Shown: positions 1 to 10,521 of the stretch, one piece after another | Layout of the letters: each line of letters starts with the position of its first letter | Position numbering within the stretch: position 1 is the first letter of the stretch | Origin: a virus | Taxonomy: Duplodnaviria > Caudoviricetes | DNA: 39,185 nucleotides | IMG/VR virus record: IMGVR_UViG_3300022407_006375 | Span: 1-39,185 of that record | Direction: 5' to 3' (one strand) | Translations under genes and position numbers: made by a program | Notes under the pieces: model-generated | Told to the model about the DNA's origin: nothing | What the model saw: the letters and a program-made list of their open reading frames with translations, nothing else | Database searches by the model: none

Positions 1-240
1 AACAACCTGTGTTGTTTGGACTAATAAAGTCCTGAGATCTTCAATTAATTTCCGGTTGATCTTATAACCAAATTGAGGTAATGCACGATCATTCAATGTT
101 TTCACATTGCCTAAACGCTTAGATATAAACTCTATCTGAGCGTTTGGTATGAGCAAGTTAAAGTCGCTTGGTTTGATGTTGCCACGCTGTTCCTTATTTG
201 CTACATAATTTATGAATCGGTATAACTCATCGATTGTCAT
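1..240 (-). CDS. Partial gene (runs off the left edge): putative head-tail adaptor / ring (tail tubular) protein of crAss-like type
   Basis: Not in the ORF track. Manual translation from the ATG at 240 (TAATG overlap with the upstream stop) gives MTIDELYRFINYVANKEQRGNIKPSDFNLLIPNAQIEF..., open to base 1. The NKEQRG.I.P..FN...AQ.E pattern resembles ring proteins of Bacteroidota podoviruses. Confidence 0.65.
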   Translation of the reverse strand, partial: MTIDELYRFINYVANKEQRGNIKPSDFNLLIPNAQIEFISKRLGNVKTLNDRALPQFGYKINRKLIEDLRTLLVQTTQVV

Positions 241-680
241 TACTCTTCACCTTTAATTATAAAGTCCTCAAAAGCAGACCTGATCTCAAAATCGCTCAAT
301 GTGTAAGTGTTGCCATCATTTCCTGCGTACTCGAAAGACAAGTCATCATCAATCTCTGTAGCCGGTACAATGTGTGGCTCTACATCAACATCAGTATTGG
401 CAAGCTTGCGCAATTCCTTCTGAAGCTGAATTCTGTTCTCGGGAGTGTAGACGTACTGATCATTCTCCACAATCAATACTTTCTTTTTGTCTTTCTCCTC
501 GGTTGATGCCAGGTTGACCTTTTTGTCATTCTGAGCATCTGCATAATCCTCGGCAATTGTTGTTGTCTTTTTAAGCAACTTAGCCGCAGCATGATACACT
601 TTTGTCTTTTTAGTAGCATGCTTTAAAAAGATAGCCGCCACCATTCTGAACTCTGATACGCGTTTGTTTGAAATTTTCAT
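240..680 (-). CDS. Hypothetical protein (146 aa) in the tail operon, possibly a fibre assembly chaperone
   Basis: ATG start, coupled to the next gene, follows the fibre genes. No recognisable motif. Confidence 0.6.
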   Translation of the reverse strand: MKISNKRVSEFRMVAAIFLKHATKKTKVYHAAAKLLKKTTTIAEDYADAQNDKKVNLASTEEKDKKKVLIVENDQYVYTPENRIQLQKELRKLANTDVDVEPHIVPATEIDDDLSFEYAGNDGNTYTLSDFEIRSAFEDFIIKGEE

Positions 681-714
681 AAGCCTTTATGTTATTTTTA
701 TGCAATATAAAAAA

Positions 715-2745
715 TTATATCATCCCTTCAGACTGCACGTAAGCAAGTATTTCAGCTCTTTGTGCATCAGTAAGCGGTCTAGTCACCATACACATTTTTG
801 CATAAGTAAAGCCCTGTAATTGGGAAGATGATAAAACCCTACCCATGGTTATACTATCTTTCCCTACTGCCAGATCATCAAAGCACCAACCGCTATTTGC
901 TCCACTTGCGACAGTTAGAACCTGCTCAACGCCATTTACATAGATTTTGTTTGATGCTCCTCCAAGCTTAAAGGTAATAAGCCTGAAAGTCTGACCCCCT
1001 GTATCAGTAAATCCTATTCGATTAACTGTCCCTCCTGAACTTGTGTATTCGATACACATAAAGTTAGGGTTTGTTCCATCGCTAGAAGGAAGGTGTCTAC
1101 ACAATAGTCTATTGTTAACCGCGCCCGAAGATGCTGCGTTGAATATATAATTTTGTCTTGTGGCACCTTCTCTCCTTGTCACTACATGGATTTCACACTC
1201 TGTTAGGTTAAGTATTTCTGTAGGACTTTGAAGAACCAACCACTTGTTTGCGGCTGTAGCATCAATGTTTAAATAATTACTAGCAATAACCCACTGAGGT
1301 CGGCTGTTAATAACTGACTGGGTAAAATTGTTAGTTATGTCTTTTATGTTCAAAACCTGACCAACCTTTGGTACTGCAAAAGTATTGATGTAGTCAGTCC
1401 ACATATTATCTACCTTGTGCATTTCAAAGTGATAAAGTAGATCAGAGCCTAAGATGTCATCAATTGTCTCTACTGTTGTGGGAACTTTTGTTGTAACCTT
1501 AAATTGTATGTACCGCTGTGTAGGGACGCTTGTTGACCATGCGCTTGGAGTTGTACTGCCCCATCCATCATTAGATAGATTCGCGTCAACGTATTCAACA
1601 TCGCAAGCTAAAGGGGTTGTGAGTGATAAAGAAGGGGCTACTGCACTGCTTCTAAATTCTACATCAACATTATCAGGAAATGTAAACTGACTAATGTTCT
1701 GCCAATCAGTGAAAGACTTCATATCAAGAACAGGTGATAAAGCAAAGCTACTGCCTGATATTTTTTCGCTTAAATAATCTTGTGATTTTGATAGTCCTTT
1801 AAATGATGTAAAGGGTATCATCTGAGGGAAGTTTACAAATTTCTTATAAGTCTTCTGAGCGTCTACGTGTATAAGCCTATTACCGTTATTTACAGCCCCG
1901 TGAAAATATTCGTCTGAGTTGTACCAAAGTGTACCGTCAACGTCTACAAATATTCCCTCACTGTATTGCTTGCTTGTCGTTGTTGCAGGGATAAATTGTG
2001 AAACGTTGTAACCATCTAAGTCACTCTGTAGCCAACTTTCAGAAATCAATTCAAGGTTCCCGCCTGTACCAAATACTATTTTTCTGTTAATCCAATTAAG
2101 AGATACACCTTCTAATGCACGTTGCCATAAATCAGATAATTGCCCCCATGTACCATCTTTTTCCCAACGATTTATAGTCTCTATTGGTGATTTTGTTGCA
2201 TACAAAATGTCAGTTTCGTAGTCATAAAAAATAGTAGATGCGTCTAGTGCTGTTATGGAGTCAACTTGAACACCTGAGTCTAAATCATAAATTCTAGCTG
2301 TACCAGAAAAAGATGTATCAAATAAACGCCTGCCAATTGGATCAACCGCTACATCCTGATTAGAGGCAATAGAAATACTTCTTACTGGTGTTGGTTTTGT
2401 CCCTGCGGCAGCAGCAGATGCCGCGAGTATTGATGCCCTTGTGTAGAAGTAAGCCTTCCTATCATAGTTTGATACAACAATAAAATTATCGCTTTCAGGG
2501 TCGTAATCTAATCCTGTATTTGCTTCTGGTGTAACGGCATCTCCTCCTAAATTTGGGAGTATCGTCAAAACATCAATAACACCAGCACCAGATACAAAAG
2601 CGCCCATGTCTGAGTATCCTGGCTTACTTGTCAGATAAGAGAAATCAGTATTATTGTACTTTATTCTTATAGATGAAATCTGTTGAGATATGCCTCCATC
2701 TAATGGCATTCTTTGGATCATCCAATTTACTACAGGTACGTTCAT
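715..2745 (-). CDS. Putative tail-associated receptor-binding protein (N-terminal beta-propeller-like region, C-terminal LamG/concanavalin-like region)
   Basis: Propeller-like blades (GLDYDPESD, DVAVDPIG, TIFYDYETD, EGIFVDVDG). C-terminal KIYVNGVEQ...RPLTDAQRAEI is typical of LamG-like folds. Starts 1 nt after the fibre gene stop. Confidence 0.6.
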   Translation of the reverse strand: MNVPVVNWMIQRMPLDGGISQQISSIRIKYNNTDFSYLTSKPGYSDMGAFVSGAGVIDVLTILPNLGGDAVTPEANTGLDYDPESDNFIVVSNYDRKAYFYTRASILAASAAAAGTKPTPVRSISIASNQDVAVDPIGRRLFDTSFSGTARIYDLDSGVQVDSITALDASTIFYDYETDILYATKSPIETINRWEKDGTWGQLSDLWQRALEGVSLNWINRKIVFGTGGNLELISESWLQSDLDGYNVSQFIPATTTSKQYSEGIFVDVDGTLWYNSDEYFHGAVNNGNRLIHVDAQKTYKKFVNFPQMIPFTSFKGLSKSQDYLSEKISGSSFALSPVLDMKSFTDWQNISQFTFPDNVDVEFRSSAVAPSLSLTTPLACDVEYVDANLSNDGWGSTTPSAWSTSVPTQRYIQFKVTTKVPTTVETIDDILGSDLLYHFEMHKVDNMWTDYINTFAVPKVGQVLNIKDITNNFTQSVINSRPQWVIASNYLNIDATAANKWLVLQSPTEILNLTECEIHVVTRREGATRQNYIFNAASSGAVNNRLLCRHLPSSDGTNPNFMCIEYTSSGGTVNRIGFTDTGGQTFRLITFKLGGASNKIYVNGVEQVLTVASGANSGWCFDDLAVGKDSITMGRVLSSSQLQGFTYAKMCMVTRPLTDAQRAEILAYVQSEGMI

Positions 2746-2746
2746 T

Positions 2747-5700
2747 TTATGCTGGGCCTAATGTTGTAATTGTGCCTGAACTTCCCCACCATTTTAGGGC
2801 GCCTGATTCTACATAGAAGAATCCACCGTCAGATGGATTACCTATTGGAACCGCTCCTGAATTACCGATAAACATACCCTTTTCCATTGATTTAAAATCA
2901 ATAATGCCTCCCGTAGTAAACCCGATTGCTATATTTCCATCTTTACCAGTTCCTATACCAGCTCCGTAAGAAAAATATAAATTTCCACCATCACCATTTC
3001 CTATAGAGTAAGCCTCTCCTCCATAAAATGCAATGTCATCACCATTATTATTTGTGGAGTCCCCCTGTCCTGCTTTAAACAAAAGAAATCCATGGATATT
3101 ACCTTTTACACCAATAATATTGGTAAATCCATCTTCAACTAAGATATCAATACCACCTGTATAAGAGGTAGAGGATTCAGTTGCTCTGAAAGAAAATAAA
3201 TTAAAAAGACCGGTAAATGGATTTTCTTCATTTATAGATAAGTAATTATTGCCTTTACCAATTTTAACTAATCCATCACCTTTACCGTAAATTTCAATAT
3301 CACAATCAGCGACTGAATTATTTACTGTAAAAATTCTTGATGTACCTGATGTAGAAGACAGTCCAAGTGTAATGTTTGATAAATCATCAACAACAAGAGA
3401 GCTTGATTGAATTATCTTACCTGTTGTTAAATCAAATCGAGCAACTGTGTTATCAGTTGATGACGATGGACCAGCAACATCGCCAATATTAATCCAAGAT
3501 CCATTCTGTCTAAAAATAAATTTATTAGTTGCTGAATCGTACGCCTGCATTCCGTTAACAGGCGTTGGAATTGATGCTGTGTTTGTTACTCTTGGCATCA
3601 TTACTCCTAATGTCGTACTTTGAAAGTCAACGAGTACAGATCCTGATGTTAGTGTAGACCCACCAATTAATAAAGATCCAGATTGTGCTCTGAATGCTAT
3701 ATTCGTGAATCCTGTGGTGCTTGTAAGGTCAGGATTCCAATCGTAACCAATTCCTAATCCACCATAAGTTCCGGTTGTATTAATTCTTGGCCTACCTCTA
3801 AAATGAATGTACGTTGCGCTGCCTGAAGTAGGAGCAAAAACAACTCCGGCTGCTGTGTTTCCTATAAGACTAAACGTTCCTGATGTCAAGGTTATATCAT
3901 TTGTTTCTAAAAATGAAACCCTTGCTACATCTGATGTTGGAGTTCCTTGCGCAACCAATAACAAGTTGGTTCCCGATATCGATTGCGTTGTCCCTGTTGC
4001 TGTTGTTTGTATTCTGAATGCATTTGACGAACTGCCTATTGTAATCAATCCATCATCTCTAAAGTCTATAATTCTTTGATTGCTCCCATTGGCTATTCTC
4101 CCTGCTAAGGCACTACCTGTAGCTGTTCCTCTTACATCTAGTGTTGTTGATGCTGTGATGGTGGCCGCGCCAGGAGCAATTAATACAGACCCATTAAAAT
4201 ATGGGTTACCAACTAAAGTAGGCGTTGTTATTGTTGTTGAACCAGAGATGCTCCAAAAGTTTTTTGTAGCAGATCCAGTTCCTCCATTTGTAATGGACAA
4301 GACACTTGCTCCAACAGCGCCTGATTGGGAAAGATCAATTGTGCCAAATCCAATAGATGCGCCTGATCTTCTTAAAATGTTGTAATCTGAGCCAGCAACA
4401 ATATCAGCAACGTTACCAACACTGTTTGCTGACCTTCCTATTACTGATAACGCGGCAGATGTTCTCAGTTTTGCGTCTGATATAGAAGCATCGTTAACAT
4501 CAGCGGTTATTGATGGTGTCCCATCATTATAGGTAAAATTAATGGTTGTTGTGTTGGTTAAAATACCTCCAACTTGATCTTGTATGTATTCGGCATCAGC
4601 AATCAGTGTAGTGCCACTCAAAGTAAGACCTGTGCTCACCTCAAGCCACGTCACAGAACCTAATGAATCATCCCAAAATAAAATTCTATCTGCACCTGGA
4701 TCAGCTAAGCTTGCGCCAGTACCTCCATCTGCAAGAGAAATATCTGTACCACCTACTCGATAAATGTATGCTGTACCAATAGTAACAGCGCTACTCAAAT
4801 CCATTGTAGGAGTATTGTTTGCTGTTAATGTAGCAAATGTTGTGTATGCTGCTCCATCAACGTCATAAGCTTGCAACAATAAAGTATTAGCTGCTGAGGT
4901 TCCTGTTCTTAATGCGCTACCGGTGGACACAGTTATGTTTGCCAGTCCGGTTATATTGTTAGAGCCATCGATGATTACACCGCTATTCTTTACAGCAGAA
5001 CCACCAACTCCATCCCATCTAACTATTGCATTATCGGTAGATGCGCCAGGTCCTGTAATACCTCCGCCACCACCTGAAGCTGTTAGCGTATTGGTGCCAC
5101 TGTCGTATGTCAATCCTGATAGAAGAGCAAATCTTACTTGGTTTAACGTATTATCCCAAACCATGGCTGTATTTGCTCCTGGGTCAGATAAACTAACTCC
5201 TGTACCTCCATCTGCCAATGATACGTCCGTTCCGCCAACACGATACACATAAGCAGTGCCTAAAGTTGTTGATGTGTTGAGATCAAAAGTTGGAGTGTTA
5301 TTAGCCGTCAATGTCCCGAACGTAACGTAAGCCGCCCCATCCACATCATAAGCCTGCAGTAGCAGTGTATTGCCAGCAGATGTATTTGTGCGAATAGCGG
5401 ATGCTGTCGGGAAGGTTAGGTTATTTGAGTCATCTAAAATGAGTCCTGAGTCTTGGATTGAGTTACCTCCAATACCATTCCATCGAGTAATAGCGTTGTC
5501 TGTAGATGAAACCGGACCAGACACGTTACCAGGTGTTGGAGGAGTTTGCCATGTTGGAACTCCGGATATAACTGTCAGGATAGAGTTATCAGGGCCAGCA
5601 GAGACTTGCTGAGCTGTATTTCCACCACCACCTACCCAAATAGCATTTACAGCTAAGTTATTTGATAGTTTTTGATCTAACTGGTCTTGTATTGGAGTAG

Positions 5701-7093
5701 CGCTCATTCCAACCAAGGTGTTAGCCTCAGCGGTTGTAAATGTGGCTCCATCTAAAATATTTACTTCAGAAGCAGATGCCGTAACATCTGTTACCAATGA
5801 TAAAGTCAGTGTGCTCCAAGTAGCGTTGTAGTCCGTTCCATCAATTTTTGTTAAGAACTGATTGGCTGTACCACCAGATGGTAATCCATTTGCCGCTGCA
5901 TTGCCCCAAACCGCTGTAGTTCCGTTTGACGTAAGAACTTGCCCTGATGTTCCCAATGCAAGGTTAATCCAATCAGAACCGTTGTACAGTATAATATCAC
6001 CTTGCGCAAGAGCACCAAGGCTTACTACCAATCTCTCATCAAGAGATGCTTGTAGTGAAGAGGATATGTCATAGTATCCTAATTGAGTTGTTGAGACTCC
6101 GCTGGCTACAGGGATTCCATCAGAATTTGATACCAAAACAAAATCAGCAGCGATTGCGGCTGCATCTGTCATTACTCCTAATGAGTTATTAACCACCAAT
6201 CGATTACTCGATCCAGAAGCCAATTTACTTCTTCCAATAGCCGCATTTGTGGCGATGTCTCCATCGACAATACTTAATGCTGTTATAGCAAATAAACCAT
6301 CACTGTTAAAAGTGACATCTCCACTTGGAGCTACTGCTGTGGCTACATTTAACTGGCCAACAAAGAAACTACCAGTTGGCAGCAGTGTTCCCATCTTCGC
6401 GTCTAACTGATCTTGAATACTCAATCCGGTATCAATACCGACTAAAGTATTGGCTTCTGCTGTGCTGAACAGAGCGCCATCAAGAATATTGATCTCCGCT
6501 ACCGATGCAGAAACACCGATGTCTGTTGGATCAAGTGTATCCCAAAGTACATCGTATGATGTATTTGAGTTCTTCTTTAATACTTGTCCTATTGTACCTC
6601 CAGAAGGAATACCATTTCCGACTACATTTTGCCACTGTAAGCCAGTGACTGTTGAAACAAGAACAGTTCCGTCCGGTCCTTTATTGAAGTTAGTGAATAG
6701 CGTACCATTGTGTACGATCAAGTCTCCAAGCTGACCGGCAGTAATATCAAATTGACCATCGTTGCTACCAAAATTGAATTGGTATGATGTCAGTGGAGTC
6801 GCAAAAACAGGAAGAGTATAGATGCCTGCTGCTTTCTTTAGCTTCAGCAACAGGTTATTGATTTTTGATACAGATTGATTTTTCGTGCCTATAATCGCTG
6901 TCCCGGCATCGTTCAATATCAACAAGTCACTGACAACTCCGTAAAGCATTGTCACTTGAATTAACTGATCTTGTTTTGCTGGCTGCGCAGGACTGTTCTC
7001 AGCGCCTAAGTCTAAGCACTCAATACCAAGCTCTGAGATTTTAGCATAACTCTCAGATAATATTCTAAAGGCGTCCTTTATTAACACAGACAT
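2747..7093 (-). CDS. Long tail fibre protein (1448 aa) with internal duplications
   Basis: Gly/Ser/Thr-rich. Fibre motifs GQVLK/GQVLTS, SSTDNAI.RW.G..G, LADGGTG. Two duplicated modules (see findings). Confidence 0.8.
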   Translation of the reverse strand: MSVLIKDAFRILSESYAKISELGIECLDLGAENSPAQPAKQDQLIQVTMLYGVVSDLLILNDAGTAIIGTKNQSVSKINNLLLKLKKAAGIYTLPVFATPLTSYQFNFGSNDGQFDITAGQLGDLIVHNGTLFTNFNKGPDGTVLVSTVTGLQWQNVVGNGIPSGGTIGQVLKKNSNTSYDVLWDTLDPTDIGVSASVAEINILDGALFSTAEANTLVGIDTGLSIQDQLDAKMGTLLPTGSFFVGQLNVATAVAPSGDVTFNSDGLFAITALSIVDGDIATNAAIGRSKLASGSSNRLVVNNSLGVMTDAAAIAADFVLVSNSDGIPVASGVSTTQLGYYDISSSLQASLDERLVVSLGALAQGDIILYNGSDWINLALGTSGQVLTSNGTTAVWGNAAANGLPSGGTANQFLTKIDGTDYNATWSTLTLSLVTDVTASASEVNILDGATFTTAEANTLVGMSATPIQDQLDQKLSNNLAVNAIWVGGGGNTAQQVSAGPDNSILTVISGVPTWQTPPTPGNVSGPVSSTDNAITRWNGIGGNSIQDSGLILDDSNNLTFPTASAIRTNTSAGNTLLLQAYDVDGAAYVTFGTLTANNTPTFDLNTSTTLGTAYVYRVGGTDVSLADGGTGVSLSDPGANTAMVWDNTLNQVRFALLSGLTYDSGTNTLTASGGGGGITGPGASTDNAIVRWDGVGGSAVKNSGVIIDGSNNITGLANITVSTGSALRTGTSAANTLLLQAYDVDGAAYTTFATLTANNTPTMDLSSAVTIGTAYIYRVGGTDISLADGGTGASLADPGADRILFWDDSLGSVTWLEVSTGLTLSGTTLIADAEYIQDQVGGILTNTTTINFTYNDGTPSITADVNDASISDAKLRTSAALSVIGRSANSVGNVADIVAGSDYNILRRSGASIGFGTIDLSQSGAVGASVLSITNGGTGSATKNFWSISGSTTITTPTLVGNPYFNGSVLIAPGAATITASTTLDVRGTATGSALAGRIANGSNQRIIDFRDDGLITIGSSSNAFRIQTTATGTTQSISGTNLLLVAQGTPTSDVARVSFLETNDITLTSGTFSLIGNTAAGVVFAPTSGSATYIHFRGRPRINTTGTYGGLGIGYDWNPDLTSTTGFTNIAFRAQSGSLLIGGSTLTSGSVLVDFQSTTLGVMMPRVTNTASIPTPVNGMQAYDSATNKFIFRQNGSWINIGDVAGPSSSTDNTVARFDLTTGKIIQSSSLVVDDLSNITLGLSSTSGTSRIFTVNNSVADCDIEIYGKGDGLVKIGKGNNYLSINEENPFTGLFNLFSFRATESSTSYTGGIDILVEDGFTNIIGVKGNIHGFLLFKAGQGDSTNNNGDDIAFYGGEAYSIGNGDGGNLYFSYGAGIGTGKDGNIAIGFTTGGIIDFKSMEKGMFIGNSGAVPIGNPSDGGFFYVESGALKWWGSSGTITTLGPA

Positions 7094-7761
7094 AAGCTCT
7101 CTACTTCTCTAATGAAACGCTCCATTTCGTTGTAATTACCTTGGAGTACAGCAGAGTCAGCAGCTATCATTAGCCCATTAAGGTAATATGCTTGTTTGTT
7201 CTCTTTGTTATCACATCCGCATCCGGCAATTGCTGTGAACTTGTCACTCACGCACTCTGCCGCTTGACCATTCACATACGTGTCTGTAATCTCAATCTCA
7301 ATGTTTGTATTATCGATGATGGTCGAAAGGTCTGTTATTTCAGTCCAAAAAGAAGTGTTTGTCGGGATGTTACCTGTTGATGCAGCTCTGCACTTGTAGA
7401 ATTTGTTTGTTGATGCGTAGTAAACAATACTCGCGTACTGAGTAATTACTCCTCCAGAAGACTGTTGTTCCACGTATGATGCTCCATTGTCATAGTTCTG
7501 GATGCGCATCAGCATGCGCTCATACCATCCGCTGACTGAGTTATTGACTGTCCAAGTCATTATGGAGTAAACATCTCCAATAGCCGGATTATCAAAAACT
7601 CTGTTGCCATCTGAGTCTGTTTTGCACCAAAGCAAAACGTTTGCTGCATCTCCCCTGGCCTGATTACCGCCAGTTCCGTAATTGCTTGTTGTGTCTTCGA
7701 CAACCCCGGTACTTAAATCCGGTTGGTCCTGCTCGTAACTGGTGGATAAAGTTAATGCCAT
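7081..7761 (-). CDS. Putative virion structural protein (226 aa)
   Basis: Lies between the head genes and the fibre. Short CBM-like insert (YYASTNKFYKC...P.NTSFW) and Cys-rich C-terminus (CGC...CLC). Confidence 0.55.
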   Translation of the reverse strand: MALTLSTSYEQDQPDLSTGVVEDTTSNYGTGGNQARGDAANVLLWCKTDSDGNRVFDNPAIGDVYSIMTWTVNNSVSGWYERMLMRIQNYDNGASYVEQQSSGGVITQYASIVYYASTNKFYKCRAASTGNIPTNTSFWTEITDLSTIIDNTNIEIEITDTYVNGQAAECVSDKFTAIAGCGCDNKENKQAYYLNGLMIAADSAVLQGNYNEMERFIREVESLCLC

Positions 7762-7788
7762 AAAAAAGGGCTTGATAAACTCAAGCCC
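7762..7788 (-). terminator. Intrinsic terminator directly upstream of the 7761 start codon
   Basis: Minus strand GGGCTTGA-gttta-TCAAGCCC followed by TTTTTT. Confidence 0.7.
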
Positions 7789-7816
7789 AATTTAGGAAAA
7801 TATTCTCGATTTGAGA
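7785..7816. promoter_or_regulatory. Operator-like pair, 13-bp TCCCAWWTTGGGA family
   Basis: GCCCAATTTAGGA (7785-7797) and TCTCGATTTGAGA (7804-7816); starts are 19 bp apart. Confidence 0.5.
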
Positions 7817-7817
7817 A

Positions 7818-8927
7818 TTAATCTGTTCCCCAGAAACTCATTTGCTCTTTTAGCTTGCTAAACTTAGCCTCGTTTTCAGGTTTTACCATAGCTTTAATCA
7901 GCGCCTCCATATTCTCCTCACCGACCGAGTGGGTGAAGAAAATCTCCTCGTTGCTGGTCAAATAGTACGATTTCTTGTCAAGTCGATACTCCAAAAGACC
8001 CAAATTCAGCGCATCCATAAGAATTATTTTTACACCTGCTTTCGTGTCCTTCTTCATTTTAAAGAACCAAATCGGATCTTTCATCGCCTTTGTGGTCAAA
8101 TCTGATCTGATTTCGCTCAATAGACGTCCTTTTGTGGTGTCAATATTTGCCGGTATCGCGTACTTGTACAAGTCCTCCTTGGTCATCTCACGGATGATAA
8201 TTGCGGCATCAACACCCAAATCAGTCTCCGCAGCAATAGACGCTGGGCTCTTATGTTGGATGTCAATTCTTTCGAACAAGGCCGGTGTATTATTTGAAGG
8301 CCGAAACTTATTTGTACGGTTATTTGGGTGCAACTCCATAAATACGTACAACTGAAATTTTGACTCCACAGGAACCGCCAAGTACCCACGCTCAAAAACG
8401 ATGTCCTCGACAATCTCGCGCACCTTTGTTTTTCCATCTTCCACATACCGCTCTGTCCCAGTGACGTTCTGGATAACCTTGTCCTTTTTCAAAGGATCCA
8501 TTTCAAGTCGATCAAAGAAGGTGTAACGGCCAGGAATAAGCGTAGGCACTGGCAACGCAGCCTCTCCAGTGGCCGGGTTAATCTGATCGGTGCCTATAAT
8601 CCGGTAAATAGCCACTTGCTTCTTGGTGTATGGTGGCATCATGCCATCACTAATGCCAAGTGAATTTGGACGCTTTTTGCTAGTGTGATTACCCTCCTCA
8701 TCAACAACAGAAATACCAGGACGCCTTTCGTCCGGATCTTTCCTGTACTTCTCGCGGTTAGCCTCTCGCTCCTTTTCTTTTTGCAGTGTGTAGATTTCTG
8801 CTTTTAATCGCTCAATCTCACTGTCTTTCGAAGATTCACTCTTTGGATACACTTTTTTCTCCTTTTTCGAAGATTCAACAACCTCTTTTGTTGCTGTCTC
8901 ATCATTGTCTTCCAATAAATCAGCCAT
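7818..8927 (-). CDS. Conserved-type protein immediately downstream of the major capsid gene (structural/assembly)
   Basis: ATG at 8927 (MADLLED...) preferred over the track start at 8984, which overlaps the terminator. Charged N-terminus and F.ELHP.N motif. Occupies the position of the post-MCP gene in crAss-like head modules. Confidence 0.6.
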   Translation of the reverse strand: MADLLEDNDETATKEVVESSKKEKKVYPKSESSKDSEIERLKAEIYTLQKEKEREANREKYRKDPDERRPGISVVDEEGNHTSKKRPNSLGISDGMMPPYTKKQVAIYRIIGTDQINPATGEAALPVPTLIPGRYTFFDRLEMDPLKKDKVIQNVTGTERYVEDGKTKVREIVEDIVFERGYLAVPVESKFQLYVFMELHPNNRTNKFRPSNNTPALFERIDIQHKSPASIAAETDLGVDAAIIIREMTKEDLYKYAIPANIDTTKGRLLSEIRSDLTTKAMKDPIWFFKMKKDTKAGVKIILMDALNLGLLEYRLDKKSYYLTSNEEIFFTHSVGEENMEALIKAMVKPENEAKFSKLKEQMSFWGTD

Positions 8928-8983
8928 AGTAAATTTATTTAATGTGTTTGATGTCTTGTTAAAATGTTTTAAGTGTTGCAGCA

Positions 8984-9012
8984 AAAGAAATGGCGCTTAG
9001 CGCCATTTCTTT
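8984..9012 (-). terminator. Terminator hairpin after the major capsid gene
   Basis: Perfect inverted repeat AAAGAAATGGCGC-TTA-GCGCCATTTCTTT, 7 nt after the MCP stop. Confidence 0.8.
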
Positions 9013-9019
9013 CAATTTT

Positions 9020-10477
9020 TTATGCCAAGTAAGAAGGCTTACCAAGGATAAACTTGCTGGCACCAACCACGCGCATACCCTTACGAGATGCAATGTGAAT
9101 GAAGCGCTTCAGTTTACCAGAAGTAGGCGTCTGGGCATTTCCACCTGTTTCCCACATTTTATAGTGGTCACGGGCTCCACCACCTACCATTTTCTTGTAG
9201 ATGATTTCGAATGCGTTACGAGGAACTCCACCTTTTGGATCGCTTACCTTGTCGTAAGGAGCAATGATGAAGTAGTAAGGGTAAGGAAACCCAGGAGCAC
9301 CCGCAAATTTAGGGTGATTCAAGCTTCTCATTTCCTTCATAAAGATCTCCATTCCCATGGTCTTTACTGTACGGAAACCAAGGTCTACATCTTTACGATC
9401 GTAAACGATGCTTCCATTAATCCCAAATTGTGAAACAATGTCTTCTACGTTTACTCCGAATTCGGCACCGTACTGCATTACCAACTTAGGTCCCTGCAAC
9501 TGCTTTCTGCGCAGACGTGAAATCTGGCGGAACAAGTTCACAGTAGGGTTGGTGTCATAGTACAACTTAGGAGCGTTAGTCTCCAAGTTAGGAATGTACC
9601 CTTGAGTGGTGCTGATGGTTACGGCATTACCGTTTTCATCATAACCCGGGATTCCTGTACCGCGAGGTGTCAAGAACAAGCCCATATCTTCTTGAATACC
9701 AAAACGAGTTTCAGTCTTCTCAAATCCGCGAGGGTAAACGAACTCAGTCATTTTACCATGCCACATCATTGGATAGGTCTTGTTTCTTTCCTGCCAATCA
9801 GTGATTTCATAGAAATCAGAGAAGGTTTGCAGGTAAGAATTGTAGGTTTTAGTTGTAGGCACCAAACCTGTTTGCTGGCCGGCTGTTCCTTCTTCCCATG
9901 CGCTTGAAGGCACAATGAAAAGATCACCACCATAAGTAGAACCTACTTGAGTGATCGTAGAAGAAAGATCAGGGGTGTTTGAATTGATCTTGTCAAGGTA
10001 CAAACGGTGAGCAAAAGCCACATCTGTACGCTTAGCAGAAATTCTCCAGTGACCACCATTCTTAAATTGAACAGTTTGGCCTACGCGTGGGTACGAGTAG
10101 AAACCAGCTTGGTCACCAGTTTCAGGGCTGTGTGAAGATGCTGCTAACTGCACATAGGCTTTGCCTACGCCTGCAGCAGGGTCACCATTCACCAATGCAC
10201 CGGTTCCGTAAACATCAGCAAGTGTAGTGCTTGTATTTACGTACGGGGTATCGAAAATCTCATTGTCCTCATGGTGAACAATACCTGGCTCATCTTCGCC
10301 AAATACTTCTTTCATAAGGCCCATTTTCATCATATCCCCGGTGTCAGTCTCCATAGGGTTGATGTCAAACAGGGTGCCGTTTACCTCTGGCTTCAGCATA
10401 AAACTGAAGTTGGAAATCAGCGGATACTTCTCGCTCGAGCCGATGGAGAAGTTGTTATACGTGTTAACCGTTGCCAT
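9020..10477 (-). CDS. Major capsid protein (HK97 fold, crAss-like type)
   Basis: 485 aa, follows an acidic scaffold-like gene and ends at a strong terminator. Motifs SAWEEGT, YNSYLQTF...EIT, T.G.I..L, DLGF.T resemble MCPs of Bacteroidota podoviruses. Confidence 0.75.
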   Translation of the reverse strand: MATVNTYNNFSIGSSEKYPLISNFSFMLKPEVNGTLFDINPMETDTGDMMKMGLMKEVFGEDEPGIVHHEDNEIFDTPYVNTSTTLADVYGTGALVNGDPAAGVGKAYVQLAASSHSPETGDQAGFYSYPRVGQTVQFKNGGHWRISAKRTDVAFAHRLYLDKINSNTPDLSSTITQVGSTYGGDLFIVPSSAWEEGTAGQQTGLVPTTKTYNSYLQTFSDFYEITDWQERNKTYPMMWHGKMTEFVYPRGFEKTETRFGIQEDMGLFLTPRGTGIPGYDENGNAVTISTTQGYIPNLETNAPKLYYDTNPTVNLFRQISRLRRKQLQGPKLVMQYGAEFGVNVEDIVSQFGINGSIVYDRKDVDLGFRTVKTMGMEIFMKEMRSLNHPKFAGAPGFPYPYYFIIAPYDKVSDPKGGVPRNAFEIIYKKMVGGGARDHYKMWETGGNAQTPTSGKLKRFIHIASRKGMRVVGASKFILGKPSYLA

Positions 10478-10521
10478 TTTTATAAAAAGGGTTTAAGTAC
10501 TAATTAATTTTTGCCCTCTCT

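Noticed and set aside
715-7093. Diversity-generating retroelement target or invertible tail-fibre cassette
   Set aside because: No reverse transcriptase, template/variable repeat pair, invertase or flanking inverted repeats are visible in the window.
9421-9433. TCCCAAATTGTGA, a near match to the 13-bp operator
   Set aside because: Inside the MCP coding sequence and without a clear partner at 19 bp. May be chance.
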